Program-made: the position numbers and the translations under genes
DNA from: Octopus sinensis
Taxonomy: Eukaryota
Assembly (NCBI RefSeq): GCF_006345805.1
Contig: NC_043008.1
Span: forward strand, 77,562,001 to 77,626,000
Direction: 5' to 3'
Length of the DNA stretch: 64,000 nucleotides
The notes under the pieces: generated by a model
Seen by the model: the letters and a program-made list of their open reading frames with translations, nothing else
What the model was told of the DNA's origin: nothing
The model's database searches: none
Shown: one piece after another, positions 61,870-64,000 of the stretch
Layout of the letters: each line of letters opens with the position of its first letter
Position numbering within the stretch: the first letter of the stretch is position 1

Positions 61870-62195
61870 TATTGGTTTCAAATTTTAGCATAAGGCCAGC
61901 AATTTCGGAGGAGGAGCTAGGTCGATTATAACGACTCCAGTATTCAACTGGTACTTGTTTTATCGACCGCGAAAGGATGAAAGGCAAAATCAACTTCGAG
62001 AGAATTTGAACTCAGAATGTAAAAAGACGGACGAAATCCCGCTAAGCTTTTTCTCCGGCGTGCTAATGATTTTGCCAGCTTTCCACCTTGATTCTTGGTT
62101 TCAAATTTTGGCAGAAGACCAGCAAATTCGTGATGGGGTAAGTCGATTACATTTCACCCGTCGAGGTAACGATTCTGCCAGCTCGACGCCCTGAA
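61870..62195 (-). mobile_element. Two tandem SINE S2 copies (second internally deleted)
   Basis: Reverse complement of the 44953 family at ~61870-62089 and ~62097-62195. Confidence 0.8.
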
Positions 62196-62385
62196 ACTTT
62201 TAAATATTGATATTGTCTATGTTCTGAAAGATCTTGCACAGAAATATATTCTTAGTTTAGTATAATCAAGGAGTTTGACAGTAATGATTCCGATGGGAAT
62301 ATCGCAGATTCTTGAAGATAAAGAGAGAGGTAAGCAATAAGAATTGGATAAGTATTCCAGTATGGAAATTGTTTCAAACACCCAC

Positions 62386-62430
<45 letters not shown>

Positions 62431-62510
62431 TATACGCACACACACAAACATACACACACACACACACATACATATACCCCCAAGCAAGATATTCATAGGA
62501 GAGGATTCAT

Positions 62511-62545
<35 letters not shown>

Positions 62546-62576
62546 TATATATTATATATATATATATATATATAGG

Positions 62577-62721
62577 CGCAGGAGTGGGTGTGTGGTAAGT
62601 TGCTTGCATACCAACCACATGGTTCCGGGTTCAGTCCCACTGCGTGGCACCTTGGGCAAGTGTCTTCTACTAGAGCCTCGGGCCGACCAAAGCCTTGTGA
62701 GTGGATTTGGTAGATGGAAAC
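62577..62721 (+). mobile_element. SINE S1 5' portion
   Basis: ggcgcaggagtgggtgtgtggtaag...accttgggcaagtgtcttctac...ggatttggtagatggaaactg; joined directly to a LINE 3' tip. Confidence 0.85.
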
Positions 62722-62942
62722 TGGGTTCAATGCCGTTCAATCTGAAAAAAACATTTGAAAACCTTAGAAATACCATACAATCCAGATGTATGGCAAAAGT
62801 CGGCATTACTTGGGACTGCACGCATATTGCTTAAAGTACTGTCTGTCTGAGGTCCTTGTGTTGTGACTTGACAAACAGTACAAACCCCCGGTAGATACAA
62901 TACCTTCAACAACCTCACGATATTGTGTACTGTGTGACGTCT
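62722..62942 (+). mobile_element. 3' tip of a TAA-associated R4/Dong-like LINE
   Basis: GSMPFNL..KTLEIPYNPDVWQKSALLGTARILLKVLSV*, 3' UTR, then (TAA)n 62943-62995. Confidence 0.8.
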
Positions 62943-62958
62943 ATAATAATAATAATAA

Positions 62959-62995
<37 letters not shown>

Positions 62996-64000
62996 GGGGA
63001 CGTTTAACATGTGAGAGCGATAAAACAGTGCTCCGAAATCTATCCACAAACACCGGAAACAAATATATCGCATGGAGCCAAAAAATAACTGACAAAGGAT
63101 TGGACTATATCCGAGTAAGTAATACTCATTGAAATTTATTGCTATTTTCCAAACGAAATGATGTATTTTAACTTGATATCATCCCCAACCATGTAAACAT
63201 GATTGATACATTACGATCCATCAATAACAGATCATCTCCGGTCCCAAACACCATGTACAAAAAAAACTACGAATAAATTAAATAATACCGGTATTATTCA
63301 ACACAAGAATAACAATCGGGAAGTACGTACTTTGAACGAGTTACACAAAAAGTACGAAAAACTAGACGTGCAAAACAATGTGACAACAGAAATGAACGGA
63401 CCGGTACCCTACGAAAATGACGACCGTCAAAATAATGGGCCAGACGTTGTTCCTCATGTCCCGCAAATAAAACCAAAAAGGCATAAATGGACACGTGAGG
63501 AATGCATTTCAATGCTACACGCTTACTTTACAGCAGTGCTCTACCCAAAGAACGAAAACACAACAACATATACATATAAAATATGAAGGAAAAATAACAT
63601 AAACAAAGACTTGGATACAGCAATGAACCCTAATAAACTAGCTAACGTACGAAGATATATTCTCAACGCAAAAAAATATCATAATAATGCACGACAAGCA
63701 GCAAACCAAAACACGACAGACAAACATACGAATGAGAAAGAAAGCGACACAAATCTAAAACCTGGAAACAACGAAGGGGAGCCTAATGATTATGATACTA
63801 TAAAAAGTAGAATATTCAAAGAACTGAAAAAGACAGATCTCAGAATAGGCCACCGACCATACCTCCCAAAAATCAAAATAGACAAAAAAAAAACATCAAT
63901 AATAAATAGCATAAACCTAGCCGTCACGGAACTAATAGCCACTGAAACAAATAGCAATATCACTGAGCTAAATGACATAGTATATGCAGCTGCCATTGCA
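62996..64000 (+). mobile_element. 5' end of an R4/Dong-like LINE (continues beyond window)
   Basis: Starts right after (TAA)n; N-terminal motif RHKWTREECISMLHAYF...NPNKLANVRRYI, typical of R4-clade ORF N-termini (recall); stop codons present. Confidence 0.7.

Noticed and set aside
28858-62721. SINE heads as functional tRNA genes
   Set aside because: No complete cloverleaf; they continue into SINE bodies.
909-62730. Many ORFs rich in VC/YI/HT/poly-I/poly-Y/poly-L
   Set aside because: Translations of (TG)n, (TA)n, (TATG)n, (TAA)n and (TAC)n microsatellites, not proteins.

Overview
AT-rich eukaryotic genomic DNA, dense in microsatellites and mostly made of transposable-element debris. The SINE and LINE families look like ones I associate with Octopus (inference, not verified). 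I cannot confidently name any host gene. Supported content: (1) three decayed Tc1/mariner-superfamily elements plus a Tc1 3' fragment; a deleted hAT (Charlie/Buster-like) element with an exact 8-bp TSD; a Chapaev3-like element with TTA TSD; and an 837-bp foldback MITE with ~330-bp TIRs, an 8-bp TSD and internal TTAGGG repeats. (2) About 13 pieces of R4/Dong-like restriction-endonuclease LINEs. They fall into a (TAA)n-associated group, including a five-element head-to-tail train at 20.9-25.6 kb, and a (CATA)n-associated group at 51-58.5 kb. (3) A Penelope-like RT remnant (38.8-40.0 kb) and several distinct short repeat families carrying type-I hammerhead-ribozyme-like folds. These occur as inverted pairs (7.3/9.6, 13.5/14.2, 28.3/29.4, 40.1/40.5 kb) and one 360-bp tandem dimer (17.4-18.0 kb). 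(4) Gag-like LINE ORF1 remnants and tRNA-derived SINEs. (5) A CpG-rich, promoter-like island at 48.6-48.95 kb (NRF1/ETS/YY1-type motifs, divergent splice donors) with a candidate first coding exon resembling a mitochondrial presequence. The strongest leads are the hammerhead-bearing foldback/tandem repeats and the apparent two-microsatellite target partitioning among R4-like LINEs. All structure and family calls were made by eye; none was computed or searched.
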